A stretch of DNA of 64,000 nucleotides from Chrysomallon squamiferum (lineage: Eukaryota > Animalia > Mollusca), in the NCBI GenBank assembly GCA_012295275.1, contig CM022672.1, positions 12,710,001 through 12,774,000 on the forward strand, read 5' to 3'. This document shows, piece by piece, positions 62,929 to 64,000 of the stretch. The position numbers were made by a program, and so were the translations under genes. The notes under the pieces were generated by a model. The model was not told the origin of the DNA. It saw only the letters and a program-made list of their open reading frames with translations, and did not search any database. The stretch's first letter is position 1, and every line of letters starts with the position of its first letter.

Positions 62929-63024
62929 GGTTCCATATGTGTATACAGTGTATATATATATATATATATAAGTATGTTTGTATGTATGTTTGTTTGTTTG
63001 TATGCATATATTTATGTGTTTCTT

Positions 63025-63072
<48 letters not shown>

Positions 63073-64000
63073 TATACAGCTGCATATATTAATATATGTT
63101 TTTTAATTAATTACAAATTTAAAAAACTGACGTCAGATTTGGCTGTATGTAACCCAAGCGGCAGACCAAATACGACAGACCTAACCATCCGTAAGATAGA
63201 GATATTAATGAAACAATGACGTATCTTTATTTATTTATTTAATAATAATAATAACAAGAAGAAGAAGAAGAAGAACAACAACAACAACAACAACAACAAT
63301 GAAAATGAAAAAGAAAGAAAATATATATAATATTAATATAAGAAAGTAATTAACCAAATAAATAAAAGACACGAAAGAAAAAAATAAATAAGATAAACAC
63401 AACATCTTCTGGACTTCATAAACTAATGATAGACAAATTCAACACGTTCACAGACTTTCTCACAAACGAATTTAGTTTTTAATTATCTTAATCATCGTGT
63501 TCCGACTGATCGAGCAGACTGAGTTTAATGCGGCGAATTCCACGACACCAAATAAAAAACGTTTCAGGCTTTTTACGTTTAGTACAAACTAATTTACTGA
63601 AAAATTCCTTTATTATTATTCTATTTACAATCACTTAACACTGACGTGGGTTCCTGCCATACATGAACAACCAGTCGCTCCGTAACAGAGAATCTGGTGA
63701 TTTCGATCAATAGTTTATACATTAAGTGAAGCTTTTTTCTTTTTTCATAAGCAGCGACTCAAATATTTGCATTTCAGTGTAGATTTCTGCACGTTTCTAC
63801 AGCAGCATACACATAAATGAGATATATGTGTATATATGAGGGTATTAATAAATACAGAATTGTATTTAGTATTTATCGTATTTCCATATCACTAATATCA
63901 ACTCAGAGAAACTTCTGTTAAAATCTACATTTCGTGACACGAAGAAATCATCAGAATATATATTATAATATATTATATAATAAGAAATATTAGATTTTTT

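Overview
AT-rich, microsatellite-laden eukaryotic (animal) genomic DNA with GT-AG spliced genes; the gene content suggests a mollusc or other lophotrochozoan (inference, not verified). By hand-splicing exons I reconstruct three housekeeping genes: MRPS18B (+, 3520-8794, 6 exons, 195 aa), TSC1/hamartin (-, 11662-24134, 21 coding exons, 1204 aa) and SNAPC4/SNAP190 (+, 26932-41387, about 22 exons, with an unresolved reading-frame break at 38946-39180). TSC1 and SNAPC4 are head-to-head. Downstream is a tandem array of three same-strand, 7-exon, divergent nicotinic-acetylcholine-receptor-like Cys-loop channel genes (A 44240-48350, B 51249-55317, C 56265-61666). All three lack the loop C vicinal cysteines and most aromatic-box residues but keep a cation-type GEK/M2 pore. 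Copy B carries a nonsense codon and a frameshift. The paralogues show a mosaic of near-identical pore and intron tracts next to highly diverged ligand-binding loops. This candidate non-cholinergic, possibly chemosensory, receptor array is the most interesting system here. Also present are a Tigger/pogo deletion derivative, a hAT-like MITE, several minisatellites and many microsatellites, which generate most of the spurious ORFs in the track.
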